From positions 1-64,000 of the forward strand of contig JBCCYL010000030.1 in NCBI GenBank assembly GCA_039189765.1: 64,000 bases of DNA, read 5' to 3'. Under the pieces are notes generated by a model. It saw only the letters and a program-made list of their open reading frames with translations. It did no database searches and was not told the DNA's origin. Origin of the DNA: Cyanobacteria bacterium P01_F01_bin.150 (lineage in GTDB: Bacteria; Cyanobacteriota; Cyanobacteriia; CAKZMO01). Shown piece after piece: positions 32,151-43,606 of the stretch (position 1 is its first letter; every line of letters starts with the position of its first letter). The translations under genes and the position numbers were made by a program.

Positions 32151-32397
32151 ATCTGACATACAGATGCCATTGATCTGTCATAATCACCTGAAACAATCAG
32201 CTTGACACTTCACCTTACCTTAAAACTAAATCCATCTTTAGTAACGATTATTTTAAATTTATCAATTCATCTGTAGTTTTTACTGAAATAAGTCGGGTGC
32301 AAAGTGTAGCTCTTTTCAAGAAGCCGATGTCAGACGCTGACCCCCAGCCTCTGAAGATCAAACGTTTAATCTCTTCGTTAACCACAGAATACAGATT

Positions 32398-33396
32398 ATG
32401 AGCCATACCGTTGCGATCGCTACTCAAGGATTGACCAAACAGTTTGGCCGCCACTTGGCCGTTCAGGATGTGGAGCTGAAGATTAACGAAGCAGAAGTCT
32501 ACGGTCTTATTGGTCCCAATGGAGCCGGAAAGACAACGTTGATGCGAATGTTGGCCGCAGCAGAAGAGCCAACTCTAGGCGAAATCTACATTAATGGCAA
32601 TCGCCTCTATCGCGATCGCCGTAGCCGCACCATCAAACGATATCTGGGCTATCTGCCCGATGACTACCCCCTCTATGATGACCTGACGGTCTGGGATTTT
32701 CTAGATTATTTTGCTCGACTATATCACTTGCAAGGAGTCGATAAACGCCGTCGGATACAAGAAGTACTGGAACTCGTCCAGCTCACCCATAAACGAGACA
32801 GCCCCATTCCATCCTTGTCCCGTGGGATGAGACAGCGGCTAGGACTCGCTCGCACCATTATTCACCAACCACTGGTCCTATTATTGGATGAACCTGTTTC
32901 CGGCCTTGACCCCGTCGCCCGTGCCCAGTTCCGAGACATTATTGCGGCGCTCAAAGAAGCGGGAATGACCATTTTAATTTCATCCCATGTGCTCAGTGAC
33001 CTTGAAGAAATGTGTACATCTATCGGGATTATGGAACTGGGATGCCTTGTAGAAAGCGCCTCCTTACAGAATCTCTACCGTCGTCTTAGCCGCCAACATA
33101 TTCTTCTGTCCATCGTGCAGGACACCGAAAATGACTCAACTCAAACTGCACTGAAAGCTCTTTTAGATCAGCATCCCCTCGTCACTCATTGGGCGGTGTC
33201 TCCCGACTCTGGTCGTCATCCAAATACCGAAGCCCCCATTCTGCACTACCAGCTAGATTTTTCCGGACAGTCCACACAGTGCCCAGAACTGCTGCGATCG
33301 CTTATCCAAAACGATATTCCCGTCCTCGACTTCCATCCCACCCAAGACACCCTTGAAGACATCTTTTTCAAAATCGGCCATCAACAAAGCAGTTAG
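32398..33396 (+). CDS. ABC-2 type transporter ATP-binding protein
   Basis: GPNGAGKTT, LSRGMRQR, LLLDEP, ISSH. Confidence 0.95.
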   Translation: MSHTVAIATQGLTKQFGRHLAVQDVELKINEAEVYGLIGPNGAGKTTLMRMLAAAEEPTLGEIYINGNRLYRDRRSRTIKRYLGYLPDDYPLYDDLTVWDFLDYFARLYHLQGVDKRRRIQEVLELVQLTHKRDSPIPSLSRGMRQRLGLARTIIHQPLVLLLDEPVSGLDPVARAQFRDIIAALKEAGMTILISSHVLSDLEEMCTSIGIMELGCLVESASLQNLYRRLSRQHILLSIVQDTENDSTQTALKALLDQHPLVTHWAVSPDSGRHPNTEAPILHYQLDFSGQSTQCPELLRSLIQNDIPVLDFHPTQDTLEDIFFKIGHQQSS

Positions 33397-33423
33397 GATT
33401 TCAAACTTTGGATTTCTGCAGCC

Positions 33424-33502
33424 CCCCAACTCCATAACTCCATAACTCCCCAACTCCATAACTCCCCAACTCCATAACTCCCCTGCTCCCCAACTCCCCA
33501 AT
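33424..33502 (+). repeat. Octamer tandem repeat (AACTCCAT/AACTCCCC), about 10 copies, STRR-like
   Basis: Read directly in the spacer between the ATPase and permease genes. Confidence 0.92.
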
Positions 33503-33511
33503 CAAACCACT

Positions 33512-35791
33512 ATGCTCAACCTTATCGGCAACTGGAATCCCCAATTTCTCAGGGAACTCAAAGGACAGCTCAAACCGATTAAAATCCTGATGGCGATAGC
33601 CCTTGCGATCATTGGCCAAATCATTTTTCTAGTAATTATGATGGGCAACTTGCCGGGTAGTATATCGCCTTACCAGTTAACGATTACGACCTATCCAGAA
33701 ATTTATTTTGATCATAATTATGACAATCCATCCCAATTTGAGGTGCAATCGCTGCACTATAAGATCCCATTAGAACATGCTCCAGATCAAGGTGCCCCAA
33801 TCAAGCAGCCTGTGCTAAAAAATGGCGATCGCATTATTGCTGTCGATGGTATTCCCTTAAGCCCTGAGCCTCTTAACCAAAATGCCCAGGAGATTTTCAC
33901 AGAGGCCATCGTTCAACCTTTTGAGACGGATTGGCAGGCGATAAAAACATATTCGTCTTCCATTACACCTGCGGCCCGTACGGCAATGCAACAATTACGG
34001 AAAGCAGTTCCCAACACGTCAGTAACATTAACAATCCAAAAAGCGGGTGTCATTGATGCTGAACCTGTGGACATAAGCCTCCCTCGCATTATTACTTCAA
34101 CCCGAAGTAACCCATATTGTCTACAGCCAAAGGGATGGGACACATTAAATCAACCCAACCTTTATTCATCTGACTCCTATGCAGCACCCAAAAATAGCAA
34201 CCACTTTTACCCAAAGGCCTGCCAAGTACCACCGGGTCAAGACCAGTATAAAGTTGACTGGCCACGATGGCATCAAAGTTCTTTTTGGGCGCTTAATCTA
34301 GCGACTCTTTTCCCCTTGCTGATTTTGGGAGGCCATAGCCTGATCAGTAACTTATTAAAAGAAGAGCGGGACGGGACGTTTAACTTTATCCGCCTCAGTC
34401 CTCAATCAGCCTGGAATATTCTAGCAGGCAAAATTATGGGGGTCCCTGGCCTAATCTATGGTGCGGTGTTGCTAACCCTCCCCCTGAATTTGATTCATGG
34501 ACTAATGGGCGGAATATCAGTAAGTATGCTGCTCAGCTTTTATGGAACAAGTATTCTAATCGCCTTTCTGACGTTTAGTTTTGCGGTCCTATTTGGGTTA
34601 GTCAGAACGGGACTAGGCCTCATTCAAGCATGGTTGGGGGCAGGGGTGATCTTCCTGGTCCAATTTCTATGTTTGCAGGCAGTTCGGCATGGAGAAGCTT
34701 ACGACACCGATATTTTTGCGTGGGCCTTCTTATTCACCCCTTTTTCCATTCTTCGATCTATGGCTCAACCGCCATTTATTGATCGACATGTGAACATCAG
34801 TCCCCTCTTTAGCTGGTTTGGTATTCCCATGGTGTCGGCTGTTGTGGTTGTGTTGCTGGTAGCCAATAGTGTGGCACTAACATACTGGGTTTGGCAGGCA
34901 TTAGCACGCCGTTTCTTTATGCCCACCAGCACTATCCTCTCAAAAGCACAAAGCTATGGTTTGACCCTATTTATCCATCTGAGTCTTCTGGGCTTTAGCT
35001 GGCAAACCCCTGATGTAGAACCTAAAAGATACAGTCATTGGTTGCTTGACCATTTGATTGTGTTTATGGTCGTCCAGATTCTGATCTGGATCATCCTGCT
35101 GGTTGCCCTATCACCCCAGCAACAAAACCTACAGGACTGGGCCAGGTTTCGTCATCGAGTACCTGCATTATCCCCAACTCAGGCTGCTAACCCACAGGAT
35201 CAGCCCCAAGCATCACGTCAGACCTCCTTGAAACCAGCGTCTCTGCTATCCGATTTTATCTGGGGCGAGAAAAGTCCAGTATTGATGGCGATCGCCCTCA
35301 ACTTACTGATGAGCCTAGGATTTACGGTACTGTGGCTTCTGCACCATACATTAAGCATGGAAAATCAAAACACCTGGAGCTGGATTCTATCAATGCTTGT
35401 CGTGTTCACTGCAATTATGATGGTCATGTTGATTGCAACGACGCTAGTTCAATTTGTATTCCTTTATCGTAAGCAATACACCATCGTCATTGCCCTGGCT
35501 CTGCTTACCGTGGTTTTAGCGGGACCCCCCATCGCCTTGGCGATCGCCGCGATTGAGCCATCAAGCTATCCCAATCTGTGGCTGACAATTTTCCCTTGGG
35601 GTGCCGTAGATGCGTTTATTCCAAACTTCTATCCTTCTATCGGAGCCATCGTTGATGTCGTACTTGTCTTTGGTGCCCAACTCGTCTGCCTAAGTGCGAT
35701 GAACTGGTTTTTAATTCGGCAATTTAAATCTATTGGCGAATCGGATACCAAAGCATTACTCGAATTTTCCACCGCAATATCCCTGTTTTGA
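33512..35791 (+). CDS. ABC transporter permease with an extracytoplasmic PDZ-like insert
   Basis: WNPQFLRELKG, EERDGTFNFIRLSPQS...GKIMGVP, many TM helices. Confidence 0.82.
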   Translation: MLNLIGNWNPQFLRELKGQLKPIKILMAIALAIIGQIIFLVIMMGNLPGSISPYQLTITTYPEIYFDHNYDNPSQFEVQSLHYKIPLEHAPDQGAPIKQPVLKNGDRIIAVDGIPLSPEPLNQNAQEIFTEAIVQPFETDWQAIKTYSSSITPAARTAMQQLRKAVPNTSVTLTIQKAGVIDAEPVDISLPRIITSTRSNPYCLQPKGWDTLNQPNLYSSDSYAAPKNSNHFYPKACQVPPGQDQYKVDWPRWHQSSFWALNLATLFPLLILGGHSLISNLLKEERDGTFNFIRLSPQSAWNILAGKIMGVPGLIYGAVLLTLPLNLIHGLMGGISVSMLLSFYGTSILIAFLTFSFAVLFGLVRTGLGLIQAWLGAGVIFLVQFLCLQAVRHGEAYDTDIFAWAFLFTPFSILRSMAQPPFIDRHVNISPLFSWFGIPMVSAVVVVLLVANSVALTYWVWQALARRFFMPTSTILSKAQSYGLTLFIHLSLLGFSWQTPDVEPKRYSHWLLDHLIVFMVVQILIWIILLVALSPQQQNLQDWARFRHRVPALSPTQAANPQDQPQASRQTSLKPASLLSDFIWGEKSPVLMAIALNLLMSLGFTVLWLLHHTLSMENQNTWSWILSMLVVFTAIMMVMLIATTLVQFVFLYRKQYTIVIALALLTVVLAGPPIALAIAAIEPSSYPNLWLTIFPWGAVDAFIPNFYPSIGAIVDVVLVFGAQLVCLSAMNWFLIRQFKSIGESDTKALLEFSTAISLF

Positions 35792-35861
35792 ACAGCCGGA
35801 TCAAGCGTTGCCTCAAGCAGCGTAGACCCACTCGATCCGCCTGTTCAAGTCACGTTAAGCA

Positions 35862-35970
35862 TCAATCACTGTCTGCCAGTTGACTCTCTCCCCAGGCTCG
35901 CATTGCCTGAATCACTGGCAGCAGTGTTTTCCCATGTGGTGTCAACGTAGGCTTTAGCCTTTGGAATTTG
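35862..35970 (-). pseudogene. C-terminal remnant of an HxlR-family transcriptional regulator
   Basis: LTPHGKTLLPVIQAMRAWGE, preceded in a shifted frame by QIPKAKAY (compare HxlR PPKVEYSLT). The N-terminus is missing. Confidence 0.6.
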
Positions 35971-36297
35971 ATCGATGGCGATAGCATGATGAATGCTTTT
36001 GGCGTGGATATTGGAACTCCAAGTCGTTTCATCATGCTCAATTCTGCCGCTCGGTATGTGGCGATCGCCATCGCAATGGTGGTGGGCATTTGGATCTTTG
36101 GCACCTTTTCATCGATCATGACGGCCTTAATTGTCAGGCTCACCATGGATATTCTAGATCTCTATGCAGGCTTGGCCTCTGGTCTGATTGATAGCTCGAC
36201 AGGTGTTGTTCAATCGTGCATCATGTTTATTCTGCCCAATCTCGTTGCAATCGTGACGTTGATTCGAATAAAGGCTCGTTTCTCTGGCGGTAAATGA
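35968..36297 (+). CDS. Small membrane protein (DUF4267-like), probably 5'-truncated
   Basis: Three hydrophobic segments, ARYVAIAIA and RLTMDILD patterns; abuts the HxlR remnant with no promoter space. Confidence 0.5.
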   Translation: MIDGDSMMNAFGVDIGTPSRFIMLNSAARYVAIAIAMVVGIWIFGTFSSIMTALIVRLTMDILDLYAGLASGLIDSSTGVVQSCIMFILPNLVAIVTLIRIKARFSGGK

Positions 36298-36318
36298 CGT
36301 TTTGCTGAGCGCGATCGC

Positions 36319-36408
36319 GTAGGGTGTATTAGCGTAACGAAGTGGAGCGCAATGTACCGATTTAGAATGGTGGGAACGGTGGATTACGCTATCGCTAATC
36401 CACCCTAC
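36319..36408. repeat. Inverted REP doublet (REPIN-like)
   Basis: GTAGGGTGTATTAGCG...AATGTACC and the inverted copy GGTGGATTACGCTATCGCTAATCCACCCTAC. Confidence 0.8.
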
Positions 36409-36471
36409 GCGGCTATGTGGCGACTACGAACGTACAATTAGGATTAGATTGATTCGATTATCCAGTAAACG

Positions 36472-36640
36472 ATGGTAAAAGATCTGTTTCACAAGGCCGT
36501 GAAAACGACTCTACAGCAAAGAGGGCTGGATTATCACCTATGATCCCTACGACTTAGCCGTCGGTGGTGTTGAAATGCATATTGTCCTTGGAGCAGAATT
36601 ACTTGGTGCCGAACGCAACGGCACAAAATTGCAGTTAAAA
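36472..36640 (+). pseudogene. xisH: Frameshifted, truncated XisH-family gene
   Basis: MVKDLFHKAVKTTLQ /frameshift/ KEGWIITYDPYDLAVGGVEMHIVLGAELLGAERNGTK matches the XisH N-terminus; not in the ORF track. Confidence 0.8.
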
Positions 36641-36847
36641 AAACTTTAAAAACTGCGGAGGATGGTGAGAATAGTCATGGCAGCTATGAGGGACCAGACA
36701 ATTAACTGTAAACGAGAAATGTTGGAAAACATAAGACATATCGAGCAAGTTGGAGGATATCTTCTTAAAAGAACTATAAGAGATAGCCCATTATTCCCAA
36801 ACCTCCTCCACAATAGCAACAATAGTTCGTGAGTAAGCCATTCGTGA

Positions 36848-38062
36848 GTGGGGGCGATCGCATTAATGCATTTCTATCCCGCTACCAACGGTCAGTCATC
36901 AGCATCACCGCACGGAGGGTATTCGTCCCAAACTTCTCATTTCTCTTCTTCACCTAATTCCTCAACATCGCAACCCCAGGGTCCGGCTCAAAAGAGTCCA
37001 GGTCAATTCACACCTGAGTTCTGGAGCGATATTCCAAGTACTGGGTCCCAACAACCCTTTCCAGAAAATTGGGTGGATCAGTTACAGCTTGCATTGGCGA
37101 TCGCCAACCCAGAATTACTCCAGCAGCTTGTACTTCATTGTCAGTCCCCCTTAGTTGCCCCCCATCAGTTGGGAGCAATTAGCGCAGCGGTAAGTGTGCC
37201 AGTGGCGGGGGCCAATGCAGCAGATAGTGTGTTGAATGTAGAAGTTATTGCCTGTCAGCTTGCCCAACAGGACTCTAGCTCCTCCCAATCCCAAGCTTCA
37301 GATTCGTCCTCCACCAGGGCAAGTAGACCCTCAACGCCTTCATTAAACGCGACTGTCCAGCATCGAGCCTTGGTCAATCAAGTCAGTCGGGAAACCAAGC
37401 TGAAAACGTTAGGCATGAATATACCCTTGCCAGAGGCGATCGCGCTCTTGCAATATGCCACGTTTTCCCTGCCGGATATTCAACGTATTTTAAATTTGTC
37501 TGATAATGGCTGGCATCGGTCCTGGTGGTCAATGGTTGATCCCATGATTGACCAAACGGCAACGTCTCCTGAATCGGGCAATCTGGGGTTTACGATTCCG
37601 TTTAAACGCCTTATTCGTAGTCGCCGCTACGCAGATGGCACGGTGATGCTTCAGTATAAGGACCAATTTGCCCATATCCCGCCGCCCTGTTTTCGCACAG
37701 AGCAAAAGTCGGTGTTGGTTCATATTCAGAGACAGGGCCAAAAAATACCTGAAATTCTTGCCTGGATGAATCATGCCCGTTCTTCCCTTAAGACAGATTA
37801 TGGCATCTTGCTTTATCACCAACTATCGCCGCTGGAGCAACAAGCATTAATCAATCAGGGGATTTGTCTGTTCCACTGTGGGAGCGCTGCATCAGAGAGA
37901 GCGTCTCCCACATCCCGTCTAGTGCTGTCTGAACAGACAACCCAGGAATCCATCGACATTGATCACTTAGCCAACTGTCAAATCTGTCATCAAAAAGACT
38001 GTCCCATGTATGGCCGGGAAAACTCTCCTGTTTTAACCTGCCGCCTATATGAAAGACGGTAA
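36848..38062 (+). CDS. Hypothetical protein with a C-terminal Cys cluster
   Basis: 404-aa ORF, ANCQICHQKDCPM...LTC tail. Start may be 36866. Confidence 0.7.
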   Translation: MGAIALMHFYPATNGQSSASPHGGYSSQTSHFSSSPNSSTSQPQGPAQKSPGQFTPEFWSDIPSTGSQQPFPENWVDQLQLALAIANPELLQQLVLHCQSPLVAPHQLGAISAAVSVPVAGANAADSVLNVEVIACQLAQQDSSSSQSQASDSSSTRASRPSTPSLNATVQHRALVNQVSRETKLKTLGMNIPLPEAIALLQYATFSLPDIQRILNLSDNGWHRSWWSMVDPMIDQTATSPESGNLGFTIPFKRLIRSRRYADGTVMLQYKDQFAHIPPPCFRTEQKSVLVHIQRQGQKIPEILAWMNHARSSLKTDYGILLYHQLSPLEQQALINQGICLFHCGSAASERASPTSRLVLSEQTTQESIDIDHLANCQICHQKDCPMYGRENSPVLTCRLYERR

Positions 38063-38157
38063 TGCTTGATCAGAACGCAACTATAATAAATAGCCTGATG
38101 GGCATGCTGAGTCTGTGAAAAATAAAAAAATTCCTCATTCACTCTGACATATCATAT

Positions 38158-39762
38158 ATGACTGTTCCTGGTGCTCTTCGTTATCTACACCGCCGAGTTA
38201 TTCACTGGCTTCGATACTTGCTTCAATCGATTGGCGATCGCCCCATTCGATTAAGTTTGCTGATGCTAGTTAGCCTAATGCTGACCACAGGGCTATCCTA
38301 TCAGCCAGCGCAAGCTACTGTACATACGGTTGTCAGTCAGCTTTCCCCGTTTAGCACTCCTGCGCCTCGAATGACCGATCGATATTGTCGTTTAGTAGAC
38401 TCAGTCATTTCAGAGAAAAGGACTCTCCGAGACGCCGCCTTTGCCGGTGATAGCAACGCCCAGACGAACTATGCCAAGCTCGTTCAGGAACATTCTGCCG
38501 TTGTCAACGATTGTCGTCGTCGCAACTGGCCTCGAAATCAAGCGATTTGGGTCCGCCTTTATCCCTGTGATGTCCAGCCCGGTAAGTTAGAACAGCTCTT
38601 CGATGAATTTATCGACCTTGGATACAATCAGGTCTATGTGGAAAGTTTTTACAACGGACAGGTTTTACTGCCTCAATTCGATAACGATACCCGCTGGCCC
38701 TCGGTTATTCGTCAGACCGGTTATGAAGACCGGGATTTACTAGAAGAAGCGATCGCCATCGGGCACGAGCGCGGTCTAAAAGTCTACGCCTGGATGTTCT
38801 CCATGAACTTTGGCCATAGCTACGCCAGCCAGCCCGATCGGCAAAATACCCTGGCAAAAAATGGTCGCGGTCAAACCAGCATCACCATGTACGAAACGGC
38901 ATCCCTGGACCCCAACTTAACCTTTACGCCCCCGGATGAAGCCTTTATTGATCCTTACAATCGTCAGGCCAAAATTGACTTCTATGCCATGAGTCAAAAA
39001 ATACTGGAGCGAAATCCTGACGGCGTCCTGTTTGACTATATTCGCTATCCTGTGGGCTTGGGTGCCGACCTAGTTGCCAATGACGTTGCTGATTTGTGGG
39101 TGTATGGTGATGCCGCCAAGCAAGCGCTTCTCGATCGCGCCCTTAATCCCTCCGGTCGTCAGCTTATTCAACAATTTCTAGACCAAGGCTATATTACTGA
39201 AGCCAGCGTTGAAGCTGCCAGTGAAGAACCCATGTGGCAAGGTCGCACTCCTTTCGACCCCGAGGCTGAACTAACGCCAAATCAACGCCGTTTAGCACTA
39301 CAGTCCGATCTTTGGGATTTGGCCGTCGCCCATGCCACTCAGGGAGTCCTCGACTTTTTAAATGTGGCGGCCCTCGCAGCCGAACGTCAAGGCATACCCG
39401 CAGGGGCTGTGTTCTTCCCCGAAGGCAATCGCATCCTTCACGATGGTTATGATTCCCGTCTTCAGCCTTGGGACCAATTTCCTAGCACGATTGAATGGCA
39501 TCCCATGGCCTATGGCATCTGTGGCAATGCCTCCTGCATTACCGAGAAGGTTCAACGCGTCGTCAATAATTCCACAAACGGTACCGACGTTCGCCCTGTC
39601 TTAGCCGGGGTATGGGGACAATCCACCAGAGAACGCCCATCCCTCGAAGTTCAGATGCAGGACATTCGTCAGTCCGCACCGCAGATTACGACAATCAGCC
39701 ACTTTGCCTATTCTTGGCAGCGTCCCGATCGCGCCCAAGAGCGACAGTTCTGTCGATTGTAA
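38158..39762 (+). CDS. Glycosyl-hydrolase-like family 10 (DUF187/GHL10) protein
   Basis: GYNQVYVESFYNG, GHERGLKVYAW, DGVLFDYIRYP; signal-like N-terminus. Confidence 0.82.
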   Translation: MTVPGALRYLHRRVIHWLRYLLQSIGDRPIRLSLLMLVSLMLTTGLSYQPAQATVHTVVSQLSPFSTPAPRMTDRYCRLVDSVISEKRTLRDAAFAGDSNAQTNYAKLVQEHSAVVNDCRRRNWPRNQAIWVRLYPCDVQPGKLEQLFDEFIDLGYNQVYVESFYNGQVLLPQFDNDTRWPSVIRQTGYEDRDLLEEAIAIGHERGLKVYAWMFSMNFGHSYASQPDRQNTLAKNGRGQTSITMYETASLDPNLTFTPPDEAFIDPYNRQAKIDFYAMSQKILERNPDGVLFDYIRYPVGLGADLVANDVADLWVYGDAAKQALLDRALNPSGRQLIQQFLDQGYITEASVEAASEEPMWQGRTPFDPEAELTPNQRRLALQSDLWDLAVAHATQGVLDFLNVAALAAERQGIPAGAVFFPEGNRILHDGYDSRLQPWDQFPSTIEWHPMAYGICGNASCITEKVQRVVNNSTNGTDVRPVLAGVWGQSTRERPSLEVQMQDIRQSAPQITTISHFAYSWQRPDRAQERQFCRL

Positions 39763-39858
39763 AGCGTCGGCATATCTGGGGTTGGGCATCAACATTTTGT
39801 CCAACGTCCAAATTTATCCTAAATTATTTGAGTCGGGGCTTAAAGCGGAGATACCACT

Positions 39859-42800
39859 ATGGCTCAGCTCATTTATCAGGTGGGAGGCAGTTTATCGGTT
39901 GATGCGGTAACCTATGTGGTGCGTCAAGCAGACCACATGCTGTATGAGGCGTTACTAGCCGGTGAGTTTTGCTATGTCTTTAATGCTCGCCAGATGGGTA
40001 AATCGAGCTTGAGGACACGAACTCAGCAAAAGCTAGAAGATCTAGGCCATCGCTGCGTCTATCTAGATATGACCCAACTGGGTAGCGAGAAGGTGACGCA
40101 TCAGCAGTGGTATCGCGGCATCATGCTGGAACTCCTGCGGGATTTGGACTTTCTGGGTAAGGTGGATATTAGAACCCGTTGGCAGGAATGGGCAACACTA
40201 CCTGCCATACAGCAGTTGCGGCTGTTAATCGATGAAATTCTGACGCTATTGCCCGACACTCGGCTATTTATTTTTGTAGACGAGATTGATAGTGTGCTCA
40301 ATCTAGAGTTTCCGGTTAATGACTTTTTTATTTTTATTCGCGCCTGCCATGAACTGCGACAAAGTCAGGCTGACTATACTCGGTTGACCTGGGCGTTGTT
40401 TGGAGTGGCAACGCCGTCAGATTTGATTCGCGATCGCAAACGCACCCCCTTCAATATTGGCCGTGCCATTGACCTGCAAGATTTTCAACTGGATGAAGCC
40501 TATCCTCTAATGGCTGGCTTTAAAGACCAGGTATCCAGCCCTGAAGCGATTCTGAAAGCCATATTAGAGTGGTCAGGTGGCCAACCTTTGCTTACCCAAA
40601 AGCTCTGCCAGCTAGTCACACACACCGCTCAGACGGAGGACTTAAGCTGCTTGCCTCCAGGAGAAGAACTCCTATGGATTAAAGACCTGACTCACACCCA
40701 CATCATCCAATATTGGGAAGCTCAGGATAATCCAGAACACTTACGCACGATTCGCAACCGTCTATTGATGGACGAACAGCGATCGCCTCGATTACTAGGG
40801 CTGTACCAACGCATCCTAGAGCAGGGCAGTATTCCTCTCGACGGTAGCCCAGAACAAACAGAATTACTCCTTTCTGGTCTGGTTAATCAACAGCGTGGGC
40901 AGCTTCAAGCCAAAAATCGCGTCTACCAGACTATTTTCTCTACTGATTGGATTCAGAGTCAGCTTGATACCCTACGTCCCTACTATCAGACTTTCAACAC
41001 TTGGGTACAGTCAGACTTTACCGACGAGTCCTCTCTGCTCCGGGGGCAAACGCTGCAAAACGCTCTAACCTGGTCTAAGCAACAAACCCTGAGCGATTTG
41101 GACTATCGTTATTTAGCCGCCAGCCAGGACCTCAATCTGAAAGAATCCCTTACCCAGGCCGAAGCAGCCCGTCTACAGGAAGTTGAAGCCCGCCTTGTGA
41201 TTGAGCAACGGCGCAGCAAAGAACAGCGATGGTGGTTAGGCGGCGTCAGCGTAGCCCTATTGGTTGCCACCAGTTTAGGCATCTTTGCCTGGCAGCAATA
41301 CCGTCGCTCAGCCGTCAGCGAAGCCCAGGCAATTGTGCGGTCTGCTCAGGCACTGTTTGCTTCAGACCAGTCTTTTGCCGCGTTGATTGAGGCCATTCGC
41401 GGACAGCAACAGACCCAAAAGCTCTTGAATGCCGACCCAACGCTACAAAACCAGGCCATCAGAGTAACCGAAAAATTAATCCTTGATATTCGGCAGCACA
41501 ATCGGCTGGACGGACATCAAGCGGCTGTAGTTGCAGCTAACTTTAGCCCCGATGGTCAGCGGTTGGCAACGGCTGGGGTAGACAAAAAAATTAATCTGTG
41601 GAATACAGAGGGCTCTCTGTTGAACAGTTTAGAGGGGCACACATCGACCGTTAGTAACGTTAAATTTAGTCCCAACGGTGACCTAATGGCCTCCGCAGGC
41701 GATGATGGCACGATTCGAATCTGGACGAACGATGGTGCGTCAAAGCAGGTAATCAACAGTCAGATTAGTAATATTTGGGGGCTGGATTTTAGCCCTGATG
41801 GTCAAACCATAGCAGCCTGTGGCCAAGGTGGGGAAGCGGAACTGTGGCAGCTTGATGGCACTTTGATTCGCACCTTTGACTCTGGCGGCACCCTGCCGGG
41901 CCTATGTGATCTGGCATACAGTCCACAGGGTGACCAAATTGCCATCGGTAGTAATAACCGCACGGTGACTCTATGGCACCCCGATGGTCAACTGTTGCAA
42001 ACGCTGGAACACCAGGATCCCGTTCGAGCGGTAGCCTACAGCCCCGACGGTGAGTTATTGGCAACGGGTAGCCAGAATGGCCAGCTCAACATCTGGCAAA
42101 CAGATGGCAGCCTGCTCCACACCATAAATCACCATGAAGCAGCGATTCGGTCACTAGCGTTCAGCCCCGATGGTCAGCAGCTTGTCAGTGCTAGCTTTGA
42201 CACAACTCTCTCTCTCTGGAGTAATAACGGTGTTCTTTTGAATACCTTTAAGGGACATCAGGCAGGCATATGGAGAGTGGCCTTTAGCCCTGATGGTCAG
42301 ACGATCGCTTCGGCTGGAGCCGATAATACCGTGATACTTTGGCAGACGGATAATTCCTTTCGCCAGTCTTTCTATGATGTCAGTGGCGTGTCGCTAAAAG
42401 CTATTTATAGCCACGATGGTAAGACTTTAGTTATGAGTGCTGCCAACGGTCAACTGATTCTGTTTCAGCCTGATAGGGTTACTCGGCGTATAATCCAGGC
42501 TCATAAATCTGTTGTGATGAACCTGGCACTTCATTCCGAAGAAGAGCAATTCTTATCTGTTTCTGAAGATGCAATGCTCAAACGCTGGAGCATGGACGGC
42601 ACTTTACTACAGACTTACGATGGCCACGATAAAGCTATATTAGCCACTGCTTGGCATCCCAATGGTCAAGATATTGTAACTGGTACTGCTGTTGGGCAGA
42701 TATATCACTGGAACGTTGATGGCACCCTGGTCAGACGATGGTCAGGGCATTCAGCTCCTATTCGAGACATTGCCTACAGTCCCGATGGTACAAAGTTTGC

Positions 42801-43314
42801 GTCTGTAAGCAACGACAGTACGGTGCGGATTTGGACTATTGACGGGACATTGCTCCATAACCTGGAACATGATGCTGCTGTTTGGCGAGTTGCCTTTAGC
42901 CATGACGGTAATTCTCTGGTCACTGGCAGCGGCGATCTGACAGCGAGAATCTGGCGAGCAGACGGTACTTTGTTAAGTACCCTAAAAGGGCACAAGGGTG
43001 CTGTTTGGGGAGTCGCTTTCAGCCCTGACGATACGTTTGTAACGACCGCTAGCTTAGATGAGACGGTTAAACTCTGGAAACTAGATGGCACGTTGTTAAC
43101 GTCACTGGAAGGTCACCGCTCTGGCATACGCAGCTTAGTTTTTAGTCCTGATGGGAACTCTCTTGCCTCCTTGGGCGACGATAGATCTCTTCTTCTATGG
43201 AATGTTCCGGCTATTTTAGACCTGCAACCCCTAGATTATGCCTGTAAATGGGTACAGAATTATCTGCAGACAAACAATACCGTTGCTCAAATAGAAAAAA
43301 GTCTTTGTGATTAG
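39859..43314 (+). CDS. AAA_35 ATPase - TM - WD40 repeat protein
   Basis: [23 protein letters not shown] segment [21 protein letters not shown]; about 14 WD40 repeats (FSPDG...LW). Confidence 0.93.
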   Translation: MAQLIYQVGGSLSVDAVTYVVRQADHMLYEALLAGEFCYVFNARQMGKSSLRTRTQQKLEDLGHRCVYLDMTQLGSEKVTHQQWYRGIMLELLRDLDFLGKVDIRTRWQEWATLPAIQQLRLLIDEILTLLPDTRLFIFVDEIDSVLNLEFPVNDFFIFIRACHELRQSQADYTRLTWALFGVATPSDLIRDRKRTPFNIGRAIDLQDFQLDEAYPLMAGFKDQVSSPEAILKAILEWSGGQPLLTQKLCQLVTHTAQTEDLSCLPPGEELLWIKDLTHTHIIQYWEAQDNPEHLRTIRNRLLMDEQRSPRLLGLYQRILEQGSIPLDGSPEQTELLLSGLVNQQRGQLQAKNRVYQTIFSTDWIQSQLDTLRPYYQTFNTWVQSDFTDESSLLRGQTLQNALTWSKQQTLSDLDYRYLAASQDLNLKESLTQAEAARLQEVEARLVIEQRRSKEQRWWLGGVSVALLVATSLGIFAWQQYRRSAVSEAQAIVRSAQALFASDQSFAALIEAIRGQQQTQKLLNADPTLQNQAIRVTEKLILDIRQHNRLDGHQAAVVAANFSPDGQRLATAGVDKKINLWNTEGSLLNSLEGHTSTVSNVKFSPNGDLMASAGDDGTIRIWTNDGASKQVINSQISNIWGLDFSPDGQTIAACGQGGEAELWQLDGTLIRTFDSGGTLPGLCDLAYSPQGDQIAIGSNNRTVTLWHPDGQLLQTLEHQDPVRAVAYSPDGELLATGSQNGQLNIWQTDGSLLHTINHHEAAIRSLAFSPDGQQLVSASFDTTLSLWSNNGVLLNTFKGHQAGIWRVAFSPDGQTIASAGADNTVILWQTDNSFRQSFYDVSGVSLKAIYSHDGKTLVMSAANGQLILFQPDRVTRRIIQAHKSVVMNLALHSEEEQFLSVSEDAMLKRWSMDGTLLQTYDGHDKAILATAWHPNGQDIVTGTAVGQIYHWNVDGTLVRRWSGHSAPIRDIAYSPDGTKFASVSNDSTVRIWTIDGTLLHNLEHDAAVWRVAFSHDGNSLVTGSGDLTARIWRADGTLLSTLKGHKGAVWGVAFSPDDTFVTTASLDETVKLWKLDGTLLTSLEGHRSGIRSLVFSPDGNSLASLGDDRSLLLWNVPAILDLQPLDYACKWVQNYLQTNNTVAQIEKSLCD

Positions 43315-43606
43315 CAATGCTAAGCCACTGGCTCTGTTATAAAAAGGTCGTGAATTAGCAATGACAAGGGCTAGGAGCCATGGGGTTGTTTCGCGTTATG
43401 TGTCGATAGGACTCCCCTACGCTAGAGAAAGCCTGTCTCTATATGGTGAGGACCCTCTATGGTGAGAACCCTATCCGTAGAGAAACAGACCGATCTAAGT
43501 GATTAATGTTCCAATGAGGCAGACACTACTCATGCAATGGTGATAGAAAGCCTGAGAGTGCTAGCTGTGACGAATTGCTTGAAGTATGATGCAGACGCCC
43601 TAATAA

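Noticed and set aside
33424..33502. Possible CRISPR array
   Set aside because: Simple octamer tandem repeat with no spacers; no cas genes in the window.
35862..36146. 94-aa minus-strand ORF as an intact gene
   Set aside because: Only the last ~30 codons are HxlR-like; the rest is antisense to the membrane-protein ORF.
43439..43474. 16-nt tandem duplication downstream of the WD40 gene
   Set aside because: Only two imperfect copies, with no other occurrence noticed.
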